DNA from: a virus | Lineage: Duplodnaviria; Caudoviricetes | Length of the DNA stretch: 64,000 nucleotides | Strand: one strand, 5' to 3' | Virus record (IMG/VR): IMGVR_UViG_3300050119_000088 | Span: 32,001-96,000 of that record | Shown: positions 10,085 to 18,744 of the stretch, in pieces | Layout of the letters: each line of letters begins with the position of its first letter | Position numbering within the stretch: the first letter of the stretch is position 1 | Notes under the pieces: generated by a model | What the model was told of the DNA's origin: nothing | The model's database searches: none | The model's input: only the letters and a program-made list of their open reading frames with translations | Translations under genes and position numbers: made by a program

Positions 10085-10410
10085 GGGCTCTGTGTCGTCC
10101 AGAGCCCTTCGTGAATGTGATAGTGGCGATCAATTTGTGTATTGTGTAAAGACGAGCCTCGGTTTAAATGAGGTACTACGTTAGATGCCTCTTTCTTATT
10201 AGGTGACATCTCTCCGGCACTACAACGGATCATCCGTTGAGTCGGATCGAGACTGACGGCCGGGGCCGACGAGCGCTCAAGTGCAATCATTGGTGTCATG
10301 GTGGCAAGCCACCGGAGATGCTCGATTACGCATCTGAGCCTTTCTAGCCTTTAAGGAAGGCTGTTAGGAGTTTCGGATCTATATCCAATATCTACTGACC
10401 ACGTCAGTAG
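10085..10410 (-). ncRNA. candidate structured non-coding RNA
   Basis: Intergenic gap filled with inverted repeats (see findings); strand inferred from flanking genes. Confidence 0.45.
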
Positions 10411-10680
10411 TTAGGATCGGTAACCTTCGCTGATGATCTCGTCATCTTCGATCTTGACGGTCTCTCCACCATACCGCCGCAGTCCGTAGCCCGCTCCTGT
10501 TCGCATGTCGCCGAACTGCTTGGTCAATCGTTCGTCGATGGCTTGCGACCCTGTACTGTATGAGCCCATATGAAGGCTCTTTTCGTACATCTCACGATCG
10601 AAGTCTTTGACGAGTTCCGATCGTTCAGGCGGAATACGTGGTTCGGGATTTGGCTTCTTGTAATCATAGGGCACGTTCAA
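10411..10680 (-). CDS. hypothetical protein
   Basis: 89-aa ORF with GGAG RBS and TTG start. Confidence 0.6.
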   Translation of the reverse strand: MNVPYDYKKPNPEPRIPPERSELVKDFDREMYEKSLHMGSYSTGSQAIDERLTKQFGDMRTGAGYGLRRYGGETVKIEDDEIISEGYRS

Positions 10681-10685
10681 GTCTC

Positions 10686-11165
10686 CTAATGATTGTGGTC
10701 ATCTGGTACTGTATTCGGGATAAATCTATCCTTGAATACATTTACTGCTACACGATTCCATTCTTGTGCAGCACAATGCTCACAATCAAATTCCCCAAGT
10801 CGGAAATTAGACTTGTTCGTTTTGATTTGACAAAGCCATTTTCTTCTTGTACTGTCCCAACTAACACCACGATACTCGGACGTACCGCCAAGAGCATGGA
10901 TATTTGCTTTATTTTGTTTGCGTGTTGCTGGCCTAAGATTGTGTCTTTGACAATCCAAAGGATTCAGATTCTTGTGGTCAACTTCTTGACCAGGAATCCA
11001 AATCTCCATATCTTTTGCAATTTCAACATGCAAAAAGATAAGGCCAACTTGCCGCCTATAAGCATAGCCAGATGTAGTATAACACCACAAATGCTGTGCT
11101 TGCTTTTTATAATCAACTTCATCAACAATAGCTTCTTTGTGGCGTGTCAATAATATAATTGGCAT
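10686..11165 (-). CDS. HNH-AP2 homing endonuclease
   Basis: MPIILLTRHK...VDHKNLNPLDCQRHNLR...N; YRGVSWD...LGEFDCEHCAA. Confidence 0.9.
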   Translation of the reverse strand: MPIILLTRHKEAIVDEVDYKKQAQHLWCYTTSGYAYRRQVGLIFLHVEIAKDMEIWIPGQEVDHKNLNPLDCQRHNLRPATRKQNKANIHALGGTSEYRGVSWDSTRRKWLCQIKTNKSNFRLGEFDCEHCAAQEWNRVAVNVFKDRFIPNTVPDDHNH

Positions 11166-11206
11166 TTGTTCCTCAAATAAGGTAGGGCATCCTTGCCCTT
11201 GTGGCA

Positions 11207-11788
11207 TTAGACTTGATGCTCCAAAGGATCTTCCCAAGCATAGTACGAGCGGATCTCCTCCACCACGCCCGCAGCACGCTTGCACTTATCCGCCGCGTAG
11301 CCATCGAACTTCTTCTCGTCCTCTCCGAGTGCGTTGAAGAAACTCTTGACACCGATCATGATCTTGACAAGCGAGCCTTGACGAAGCTCGGCGCTCAGGT
11401 CGAACGTTCCCTCTCCGAGTGCCTTGCTGATTCGAACAAATCGTTGGTCAACTTCCAATGGCGGCTCAACGATCTGTTCGGGCTCGATGATCTGTTCGGG
11501 CTCAACGATCTGTTCGGGCTCGATAATTGGTTCGGGCTCGATGATCTGTTCGGGCTCGATGATCTGTTCGGCCACGAACACTGGAAGCACGATGCCCGGT
11601 TCGATTGTTGCAAGCAGCGATTTGAGACCTTCATTGATATATTCGACGGCATCGACGTACTGCGGCCCAACGAATGTCGTCATTCGTTGTTGCAGAAACG
11701 CGACCTGTTCTGCCGGGCTGAACTTGTCAAGATCCTTATGGACCTTGGCAAGCCGTTCCTGAACAGTCAATGGTGTTCCTCGTGGCAT
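11207..11788 (-). CDS. hypothetical protein with (PEQIIE)n repeat
   Basis: GAGG RBS before MPRGTP; six hexapeptide repeats. Confidence 0.65.
   Translation of the reverse strand: MPRGTPLTVQERLAKVHKDLDKFSPAEQVAFLQQRMTTFVGPQYVDAVEYINEGLKSLLATIEPGIVLPVFVAEQIIEPEQIIEPEPIIEPEQIVEPEQIIEPEQIVEPPLEVDQRFVRISKALGEGTFDLSAELRQGSLVKIMIGVKSFFNALGEDEKKFDGYAADKCKRAAGVVEEIRSYYAWEDPLEHQV
11463..11571. repeat. 18-bp coding tandem repeat (~6 copies, gatctgttcgggctcgat)
   Basis: Visible directly; encodes PEQ(I/V)(I/V)E. Confidence 0.9.
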
Positions 11789-11889
11789 GGCTTCCTCAAT
11801 AATAGTGATTGGACAATCTACAATAACTTTCCTTCGCCGCGAATATCGCAATCCAATCAATCTAAAATACGCGATCCTTTCTACTATAT

Positions 11890-11919
11890 AGTGTAGCATG
11901 ATTCCCGATTCAGATTCAA
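11890..11919 (-). promoter_or_regulatory. possible sigma70-type promoter TTGAAT-N18-TACACT
   Basis: Intergenic, about 100 nt upstream of the 11788 start, TG(C) before the -10. Confidence 0.4.
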
Positions 11920-11961
11920 GCTCATTTTAAAAAGAAACGTAACAACATTTTGATTGGCTTA

Positions 11962-12243
11962 TCAGTCAAGCGTCCACTCAGCTTTCATTGCTTCGAGATT
12001 GGGATAAGCAACGAATCCTGTGAACTTGTCATTCCAATCACGAATACCAATATAGTATTCGCCATTGTATTCTCCAAGGAATCTGCCAAATTGTTCTTTG
12101 GCTCTTGGATCAGCACTTTTGATACAGAGAAATCGAGTATTCGGATCTCCCCAATCTGTCCAATGTGTTGCCTTGCGAGGCTGATAATCCTCTGGAACAG
12201 TCTCAAATGCCTTGAGTGCCTCGTCAGCCGTCGCTTCTCGCAT
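11962..12243 (-). CDS. hypothetical protein
   Basis: 93-aa ORF in operon direction. Confidence 0.55.
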   Translation of the reverse strand: MREATADEALKAFETVPEDYQPRKATHWTDWGDPNTRFLCIKSADPRAKEQFGRFLGEYNGEYYIGIRDWNDKFTGFVAYPNLEAMKAEWTLD

Positions 12244-12694
12244 AATAGGCTCCCGGCCAGAAATAAGGAAGATCAGGAGGCTCAGTCCATTTCATACAAT
12301 ATTGATAATGGTAGGGTGCCTTCCGAATTAGATTCGAGCGATGCGATTTATGCAATCGTTCATCACCTAACCACGGTGGCATCTTAACGTCTTGTTGTTC
12401 TGGAATCTGATCTGGATAATCATGCCAGAAACTATGAATCTTGTCGAACGTCGAGTCCTTGTATCCCCTCCGTTGAAACTGATCGCAGATTTCAAGCCCG
12501 TAAGCAATCAATGCGTCTTCGTAATGGCGCCACATCAAAACTGCCGGGTGGCTGCTCCAACCTCCGTTCCTTAGGAGTGAGTTCAGGATCTGCAAACATT
12601 CGACCCGCTGCTTCCCTAATCTTTCTCTGTCGAGACATCTAGCACTCTCTTTGAAATCAGGAAAGGGGAGAAAAGTTTGAATAATACACCTCAT
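12224..12694 (-). CDS. pyrimidine-dimer DNA glycosylase (DenV-like / MSMEG_6728 family)
   Basis: QTFLP...LDRERLGKQRVECLQIL...HPAVLMW...HKSHRSNLIRK...LPYFWP family pattern. Confidence 0.85.
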   Translation of the reverse strand: MRCIIQTFLPFPDFKESARCLDRERLGKQRVECLQILNSLLRNGGWSSHPAVLMWRHYEDALIAYGLEICDQFQRRGYKDSTFDKIHSFWHDYPDQIPEQQDVKMPPWLGDERLHKSHRSNLIRKAPYHYQYCMKWTEPPDLPYFWPGAYYARSDG

Positions 12695-13161
12695 GGAAAA
12701 TTAAGCACAGCATCCATGCCGAAATAAAGTCTAGCATACTTATCATAAGCATACGCCGCTTCAATAGCAGAATCAAAGCATCCAATATAGATCGGTGTCT
12801 TTCTAACTTTGATTCTAGCATCCCACCTGTTTGTTCTTCTCTCGAAATAAACACCCTTGAAACCAGAAGTATTATTGATTTGAATGTTGTGATTAATAGC
12901 TTGAACTTGATCAGTAACAACTCTTAAATTGTATGTCTGATTGTTCAATCTATTTCGATCAATATGATCCACTTCCAGATTTGTAATATCATGACCGATG
13001 TAAATCATGATTTCTCTGGATAATATCCTTGTACCACCACCTGTTATGCTCCTTCGAGCATAGCCGTCTGAATCACAATGCCACAAATATTGTGCAAAAT
13101 GATTCCAATATTGATCATCAACTAATGTTACTTGGCCTTGAGTGAGCAATATCTTCCTCAT
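12691..13161 (-). CDS. HNH-AP2 homing endonuclease
   Basis: VDHIDRNRLNNQTYNLR...N; SGFKGVY...IGCFDSAIEAAYAYD. Confidence 0.9.
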   Translation of the reverse strand: MRKILLTQGQVTLVDDQYWNHFAQYLWHCDSDGYARRSITGGGTRILSREIMIYIGHDITNLEVDHIDRNRLNNQTYNLRVVTDQVQAINHNIQINNTSGFKGVYFERRTNRWDARIKVRKTPIYIGCFDSAIEAAYAYDKYARLYFGMDAVLNFP

Positions 13162-13508
13162 GTTGGCTCCAACACGTAGCAATAAGGGTGATTTGTCCGA
13201 AGAAAACCCATCGTTTCCAGTTTGTATTGGAAACGATCTTCAAGAGCATTCTCAACATAAATAACATGCTTCGGATAATATCTCCGAAGTTCGGCAATCA
13301 ACCGGGTAAATGCTCCACTTCCAGGATTCATTGCTGTGATGTTAGAAATCTGAATACAATCTTCAACATCATGCTTCTTGTCGCGAAGGTCGCCTTCATA
13401 AAAATAGATGAATCGCCCTTTGCGAACGTACAAACCAGCGAAATCAGGATGATCGACCCATTGATTTCGTATTAGTTGGTTCGGATTGAGAAAATCATCA
13501 ACTGTCAT
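13158..13508 (-). CDS. possible GNAT-fold protein
   Basis: IQISNI...PGSGAF...YVEN...LETMGF resembles the acetyl-CoA binding motif. Confidence 0.4.
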   Translation of the reverse strand: MTVDDFLNPNQLIRNQWVDHPDFAGLYVRKGRFIYFYEGDLRDKKHDVEDCIQISNITAMNPGSGAFTRLIAELRRYYPKHVIYVENALEDRFQYKLETMGFLRTNHPYCYVLEPT

Positions 13509-13555
13509 GAAATCTAATATCCTAGAAAAAGAAAGCCATCCTTGGCGAATATATC

Positions 13556-14281
13556 CTAGCCAACATTCAAAGCATTGAAGCGTTCTTCAACATCGGCATT
13601 GAGTTGCCCAATGCGACGAATGCTGAGATGCATGATTGGTGCAATCTCCGTATGCGAGTAACCTTGAGCCCGAAGCGTAATAACCCTACGCTCACCGTCC
13701 GTTCGGATGGCAAGCTGTAGGATTTCCTTGAGAGCAATATCAGGTTCAGTGCGGCGAGCGATTGGTGTAATCGGGAGAATGTCCGAGAACTCTTCTCCGA
13801 TTGTGTAAAGCGTTGCCTTGCGAGCGAAGTCCTTCTCGTCGATCTCGCCTTTGGCCTTCTTGTTTCGCAGAGTGCGAGCCTTCATCCCGAAGATGCGATC
13901 TCGGGATTTGAAGTTGCGAACAGCGGATCGCATTGTGCTTGCAAGATACGGCGTGATGTTTTGATCATGAAGTCGAGTCTTGGGTCCACCGCACCATTCA
14001 ACGGCTTGCGTAAGCCGAAGCATGGCCTCGCCGACAAGATCATCTGATTGTCTCGGATTGGCATAATCCGCAACAATGGCCATTGCAAGACGCATGTGAC
14101 CTTGGATGATTGAATGACTAACACTGAAGTCACCAGCTTGCAATCGAAGGACAAGATCAAGAAGACGATCTTCTTCGATTTTCTCTGGACACTCTGTGTA
14201 AGCCATTGTCGTTGCGAGATAGGAATCGAAACTCCGCCTCATGATTTGCCTCCGTGCAGCAGGATCATTGTCATCACTCAT
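13556..14281 (-). CDS. RNA polymerase sigma-70-family factor
   Basis: Region 2-like HMRLAMAIVADY...DDLVGEAMLRLTQAV and region 4 HTH ERRVITLRAQGYSHTEIAPIMHLS. Confidence 0.8.
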   Translation of the reverse strand: MSDDNDPAARRQIMRRSFDSYLATTMAYTECPEKIEEDRLLDLVLRLQAGDFSVSHSIIQGHMRLAMAIVADYANPRQSDDLVGEAMLRLTQAVEWCGGPKTRLHDQNITPYLASTMRSAVRNFKSRDRIFGMKARTLRNKKAKGEIDEKDFARKATLYTIGEEFSDILPITPIARRTEPDIALKEILQLAIRTDGERRVITLRAQGYSHTEIAPIMHLSIRRIGQLNADVEERFNALNVG

Positions 14282-14340
14282 CTCCTTAGATGGTGGTAGC
14301 CCAGAGGGGCTTTGTTTAGATCATTGCAATCCGCAACTCC

Positions 14341-14772
14341 TCATGCTTCTGCGTGCGACTTCGGAGAGGCGAGGATCGTCTTGATTTCATCATCATTCAG
14401 CTTCCGCAATCGAAGCCAGCGATGATATCGTTCGTTGTAGACGGCCAGCTTGTGCCAAGCTTCTTGTCCTGCAATGGCATAAACAAGACCGTGTCGCTCG
14501 TCTCTCCAGACCTTGACGAGTTCTTGTTGATGTGTCAGCAGGTCGAGCAAGACATAGTTTCCAGGCTCTCCCGGCTTGTCTCCGCAATAATCTGTCAACA
14601 CTTCGTGCATCCCCTCAATGATTGCAGGATCAGTTGGTGCTGGCGGGTTCTTCAAATAGTGCTTGATTGCCAGTCGTTGATCCCGAGGAAGCCCGCAATA
14701 GGTGATCCCGATCTGCCTGATTGTCGCAATCCGCTTCATAGCTCCCATTGTTGGCCTCCGCAAGCCAATCAA
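14341..14772 (-). CDS. hypothetical protein
   Basis: 143-aa ORF in operon direction. Confidence 0.55.
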   Translation of the reverse strand: MIGLRRPTMGAMKRIATIRQIGITYCGLPRDQRLAIKHYLKNPPAPTDPAIIEGMHEVLTDYCGDKPGEPGNYVLLDLLTHQQELVKVWRDERHGLVYAIAGQEAWHKLAVYNERYHRWLRLRKLNDDEIKTILASPKSHAEA

Positions 14773-14871
14773 TTCCTGTTAGAGAAGAAAAACCTTCTCT
14801 AAAGGCCATTGTATCAGAACGGAAACCGAAATGGAAGCGAATTATTCACATTATTTTGTGAATTGATTGGA

Positions 14872-15342
14872 TTACGCAATCCCTGAATAACGCCGAACCA
14901 ACCAGAATGTTTGAATATTAAACTCGTCGATTGTAGTAATCTCTCCCTTCGGGTTATAGACGCGATTCCCATTCCATGCAACAGCATGGGGTTGGCCGGA
15001 CATTGTGGTGCCCGTAAGAACACCGATGGAACCAGCAACCAAATCGATCATGCGTTGACGATTGCCATTTGGAAAAGTGATGGCACAATCAACGCCTCGG
15101 CCGATTGTAAGAATCGGCTCGGCTTCAAAGGGTGTAGTCATATAGCCAAAAGTATAGGCTACATAGATACATTCCTGTACATGGAAGCCTCGCCGCTTCA
15201 GCGGTTCTGGTTCCTCTAGTCGGATAATCTCCGAACCATCATTACCGATAAGCTTGAGAAAACTTTCAACAGGCACTCGACATGCCATTGCGAAAGATGT
15301 CGGCAAGCAACTCCATCGGTTCGGAGTCTTAATGAGTTCCAT
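14872..15342 (-). CDS. small papain/C39-like cysteine peptidase fold protein
   Basis: N-terminal PNRWSCLPTSFAM (Cys), C-terminal PHAVAWNG...YNP (His); paralogue of 36014-36502. Confidence 0.5.
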   Translation of the reverse strand: MELIKTPNRWSCLPTSFAMACRVPVESFLKLIGNDGSEIIRLEEPEPLKRRGFHVQECIYVAYTFGYMTTPFEAEPILTIGRGVDCAITFPNGNRQRMIDLVAGSIGVLTGTTMSGQPHAVAWNGNRVYNPKGEITTIDEFNIQTFWLVRRYSGIA

Positions 15343-15358
15343 TTGATAACCCTGACGG

Positions 15359-15859
15359 CTAAGAACTACTCTCGACAAGCCGCTTCTCAAATACATCATC
15401 ACTAATCTCAATGAAGATGTTGGAAGCTTCTCGCATTTCAGGTGGAATACTGCTTGAAAAGACGATCACCTTGATGCCACGTTCCTTCAAGAACTCGATC
15501 ACGGGAATCAATTCCGGATCACTAGAACCGAGAACAACAACATCAAGACGTTCGATCAAGCGTGCAGTATCAACGGCGATGCCAAGATTCCAATTGGTCG
15601 CCTGAATGTTCGGGCGATCATCAATGATCTTGGCTTTCTTGTACTTCGGTTCGAAGCCGTAACTCCGAAGACAAAGAATGAATCCAGTCGCTTCCTTGTC
15701 AATCTGAACGCCATATGCGAAGGCTCGATAGAGTTCGCCTTCTCCAGCTTCCAAGGCTCGTTGAAGATATTTTGAGTAATCAATCTTCTGGCCTTTGAAG
15801 TTTTTGTTGACACCACGGAATTGATCCACGATATCAACGAATACACCAACCGTTTTCAT
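15359..15859 (-). CDS. NYN-domain (LabA/DUF88, PIN-like) protein
   Basis: VFVD, IDY, IAVD, VVLGSSDPELIPVIEFLKERGIKV, SNIFIEI. Confidence 0.8.
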   Translation of the reverse strand: MKTVGVFVDIVDQFRGVNKNFKGQKIDYSKYLQRALEAGEGELYRAFAYGVQIDKEATGFILCLRSYGFEPKYKKAKIIDDRPNIQATNWNLGIAVDTARLIERLDVVVLGSSDPELIPVIEFLKERGIKVIVFSSSIPPEMREASNIFIEISDDVFEKRLVESSS

Positions 15860-15879
15860 ATAATACTCCCAGCAAAATA

Positions 15880-17838
15880 CTACTTGACAGGACATCCACC
15901 TGCGGTGCATTCCTGTGAATCGATCATTTCCCGAAGCTCATGATCGACGATGAAGTTGATTGGTTTCACCGAACTTGAGGCTTCGAGATATTGATCTCGT
16001 GTAATCTCTTCGTAAGGTGCTTGTCGAAATCCATGTTCCGAATGCTGAGAGAAGGAAGCTGTCTTCACCGTGTCTGTGTAATTGGTTCGGAGCCAATCTT
16101 GGACAACGGGAATCTCTTCCGGTCCCATATAACACGTCATGGACACGGCATTATCCGCCCAATAAGTCTGAAGGAAGTTCAGATTATCAAGCTGTGACAA
16201 GGCTGGATATCCCTTTGCAACAATAGAGCCCTCTCGGGCTTTGCAGGGAAAGTCAATAATCATCGTGTTGAAATCACGGGAGCCGTCAATATTGTACTTC
16301 GGCTCCATGTTGTATCCGCGTTCGCGGGCTTGCTCAACGATCGGATCTTCAACAGCAAATGTGATCCTCCGAATGTAATATTCCGAAAACTCAGCATGCA
16401 CTCCAGGTGAAACGCCAGCCAACAGGGACATTGTACCTGATGGTTTGACGGTTGTCAACTTGATTGATAGATTACAGTTGTGCTCTCGGGAAGCCTTGCG
16501 ATCCACATCTTCAAGATGAGCATACACGCCATCGAAAATGTCAGGATCTCGAAGATGCGGGGCTTGCAGGAATCCGGTGACACCAACACCAATACGATGA
16601 TTGCGGCTAACAACTTCGTTCGTTTTGGGATGCCAACAAGGCAGACAAGAAATAGCTTTGTTGGCTCGGAAAAGCAGTTCAGCAACCTTGCCGAACTCAT
16701 GTACATCAACAATATTTGGAAGAAAGATGTCGCTAAGATTGCAAGCTTCGTGTGATTCGAGAATGATCTCTCCGCAAGGATTTGGACCACATACAAGCGG
16801 ATCTGGACGATAGCCGTAGCCATCAATAAGCCTTCCCATCTGCTTACACAATCCAGAATTGTATAAGCCATAGGCTTCTCCCTCTCCACGATAGCCACGC
16901 CAGAACTGCTCTGGCAAAAGCATTGTGTCCGGACAATCAACAGTGTTGTTGCTCATCTGTCGCCAAGCAGGAACGGCTCGGCGTGTCCAGTCTTTGGCTC
17001 CGAGGAATTCTTGATCTTCCCATGAGCCGACTGCGATCTCAGCAGAACGACGAACATTACCAGCAACAACGACGCTGCCAATGATATTCATGATGTCCAT
17101 GCAATTGGTAGGAGTAAGTTTCCTACCAACTTTAGATTTCAAGATCGCACATATTTGTGCAAGACCCTTTACCAGTTCTTCGGGTCCACTTGCTGTTCCT
17201 CCGAACCCCTTAATAGGCCGTCCGCGAGCACGAACGCAACGAGTATCGTAGCGGATACTATGGTTGGTATAAAAGTGAGCATTGAGTGTAAGCTCAAGAA
17301 GCTTGACCCAACCTTCGCGGTTGTCGGTGACAATATAGTCACAATCATAGTCATCGACACGTTCAATGCTCGGAGCGAATTTGACTGTAGGTATTTCATA
17401 AACATAATCCGGTGAGACATTGAAGCCAACGCCACCACCGAGCATCAGCTCGTTGAAAGCGAAAGTGAATGGATCAACAGGATGGTTGACAGCAACGTGC
17501 CAACAATTTTGCATCGAATCGCCACCAACACGCCGAACAGTGTCCGTACCAAGCTGCCATGTCGGGCGACCAGCAAGCGTACCTTTGAGCGAAAACCAAT
17601 AATAGTAAAGTTGTTGGGCTTCTTCTTGGGTGTAAATACCACCAATATCCAAGATACCATTGACACAACGTTCAATAGTTTGAAACCATTCCTCAGTGAT
17701 TCCAGAGGGTCGCATCCGAGCATATGTGCGTTTATACGTCACATATCCCACTGGTCCCCATTGTGGATTGTGGCCCTCAAAGTTCTCTACGAACGTGGGG
17801 TCGAGTTTCTTGGCATACCTCGGAAGCGATAACATCAT
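15880..17838 (-). CDS. nrdJ: class II (adenosylcobalamin) ribonucleotide reductase, monomeric RTPR type
   Basis: TYKRTYAR, GGGVGF, GNVRRSA, GPNPCGEI active site, TTVKPSGT, C-terminal CxxxxC. Confidence 0.93.
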   Translation of the reverse strand: MMLSLPRYAKKLDPTFVENFEGHNPQWGPVGYVTYKRTYARMRPSGITEEWFQTIERCVNGILDIGGIYTQEEAQQLYYYWFSLKGTLAGRPTWQLGTDTVRRVGGDSMQNCWHVAVNHPVDPFTFAFNELMLGGGVGFNVSPDYVYEIPTVKFAPSIERVDDYDCDYIVTDNREGWVKLLELTLNAHFYTNHSIRYDTRCVRARGRPIKGFGGTASGPEELVKGLAQICAILKSKVGRKLTPTNCMDIMNIIGSVVVAGNVRRSAEIAVGSWEDQEFLGAKDWTRRAVPAWRQMSNNTVDCPDTMLLPEQFWRGYRGEGEAYGLYNSGLCKQMGRLIDGYGYRPDPLVCGPNPCGEIILESHEACNLSDIFLPNIVDVHEFGKVAELLFRANKAISCLPCWHPKTNEVVSRNHRIGVGVTGFLQAPHLRDPDIFDGVYAHLEDVDRKASREHNCNLSIKLTTVKPSGTMSLLAGVSPGVHAEFSEYYIRRITFAVEDPIVEQARERGYNMEPKYNIDGSRDFNTMIIDFPCKAREGSIVAKGYPALSQLDNLNFLQTYWADNAVSMTCYMGPEEIPVVQDWLRTNYTDTVKTASFSQHSEHGFRQAPYEEITRDQYLEASSSVKPINFIVDHELREMIDSQECTAGGCPVK

Positions 17839-17849
17839 TATCTTTCGGG

Positions 17850-18263
17850 TCAGGACTTACAATAATCTGTCGAGATACCATGAAATACGGCATCACGAGC
17901 CAAATGATGGGCTCGCTTGTGTATTGGATCGGCCAATCCCGATCCCACCTTCTGGAATCTAATAGTCATTGTCTTCATATGCTCCTGTAAACGTAACCAC
18001 AAAATACTTATATCTTTATGGAGCTTAATTGGAGCTAAGACCCCTGTTATTACAAACAGAGAATCTGTAAAAACAAGTACATTCGATCCAAAGGGAATGG
18101 TATCTAGACCTTTAATTATTGCAAGCAGTTCCATTCGATTAGTACCACGATACTCTTCAAATCCGTATCCGATATTTTCAATATCATTGTTTTGTACAAT
18201 GAATGCCCAGCCTCCCCTCCTTGGAACTATTGTCGCTGATGCATCAGCGTATAGATTATACAT
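17850..18263 (-). CDS. rnhA: ribonuclease HI
   Basis: YADAS, GGWAF, TNRMELLAII, FTDS, RAHHLA. Confidence 0.85.
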   Translation of the reverse strand: MYNLYADASATIVPRRGGWAFIVQNNDIENIGYGFEEYRGTNRMELLAIIKGLDTIPFGSNVLVFTDSLFVITGVLAPIKLHKDISILWLRLQEHMKTMTIRFQKVGSGLADPIHKRAHHLARDAVFHGISTDYCKS

Positions 18264-18288
18264 TTAAGTCATTATTAACCTCCCAGGA

Positions 18289-18741
18289 TTAAATCAATGG
18301 TCTGTTCGGATCTCGTCCTTTTAGCATTCTGTTAATAGTTGATTTGTGACACCCCAAACGCCTTGCAATTTCTGCTTCGCTCAAGCTTTCTGAAAGCTTA
18401 ATAACTTCTGAAGTGTCAATATCCAACATGGGATGTCTTCCTTTATTACAACAATCAATAGCATTGTGCTCATGTGTTCCGAGAAACAGATGTTTTGGAT
18501 TACAACATGGTGGATTATCGCAATCATGTAGGACAAGTAGCTCACCTGGATCTTTCTTATATTTAATATAGTAAGATACTCGATGAACCAAATACATCTT
18601 TTTGCCAAATCTAATTTGGCCATAACCTTTAACAATTGTACTACCGATCCAAGGCCAACATTCATTCTCTCCACGTTGAATGATGTTGGACCAGAATTTG
18701 ATAGTATCATCAATATGTAACATGGGCAATGGAATAAACAT
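18289..18741 (-). CDS. HNH homing endonuclease (Zn-loop type) with C-terminal HTH
   Basis: ECWPWIG, HRVSY, HDCDNPPCCNPKHL..GT..HN; EIARRLGCHKSTI. Confidence 0.88.
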   Translation of the reverse strand: MFIPLPMLHIDDTIKFWSNIIQRGENECWPWIGSTIVKGYGQIRFGKKMYLVHRVSYYIKYKKDPGELLVLHDCDNPPCCNPKHLFLGTHEHNAIDCCNKGRHPMLDIDTSEVIKLSESLSEAEIARRLGCHKSTINRMLKGRDPNRPLI

Positions 18742-18744
18742 AAT

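Noticed and set aside
10150-10215. Plus-strand resemblance to the IscB omega/HEARO RNA start (gacgagcctc...ctacgtt...taggt)
   Set aside because: Only short word matches, no IscB/IsrB/TnpB ORF nearby, and the later conserved segments are not recognisable; needs cmsearch
10365-10410. Hammerhead ribozyme (stem followed by GAAAC on the minus strand)
   Set aside because: No CUGANGA core in the required position
11463-11571. CRISPR-like array
   Set aside because: Head-to-tail 18-bp units without spacers, in frame within a protein
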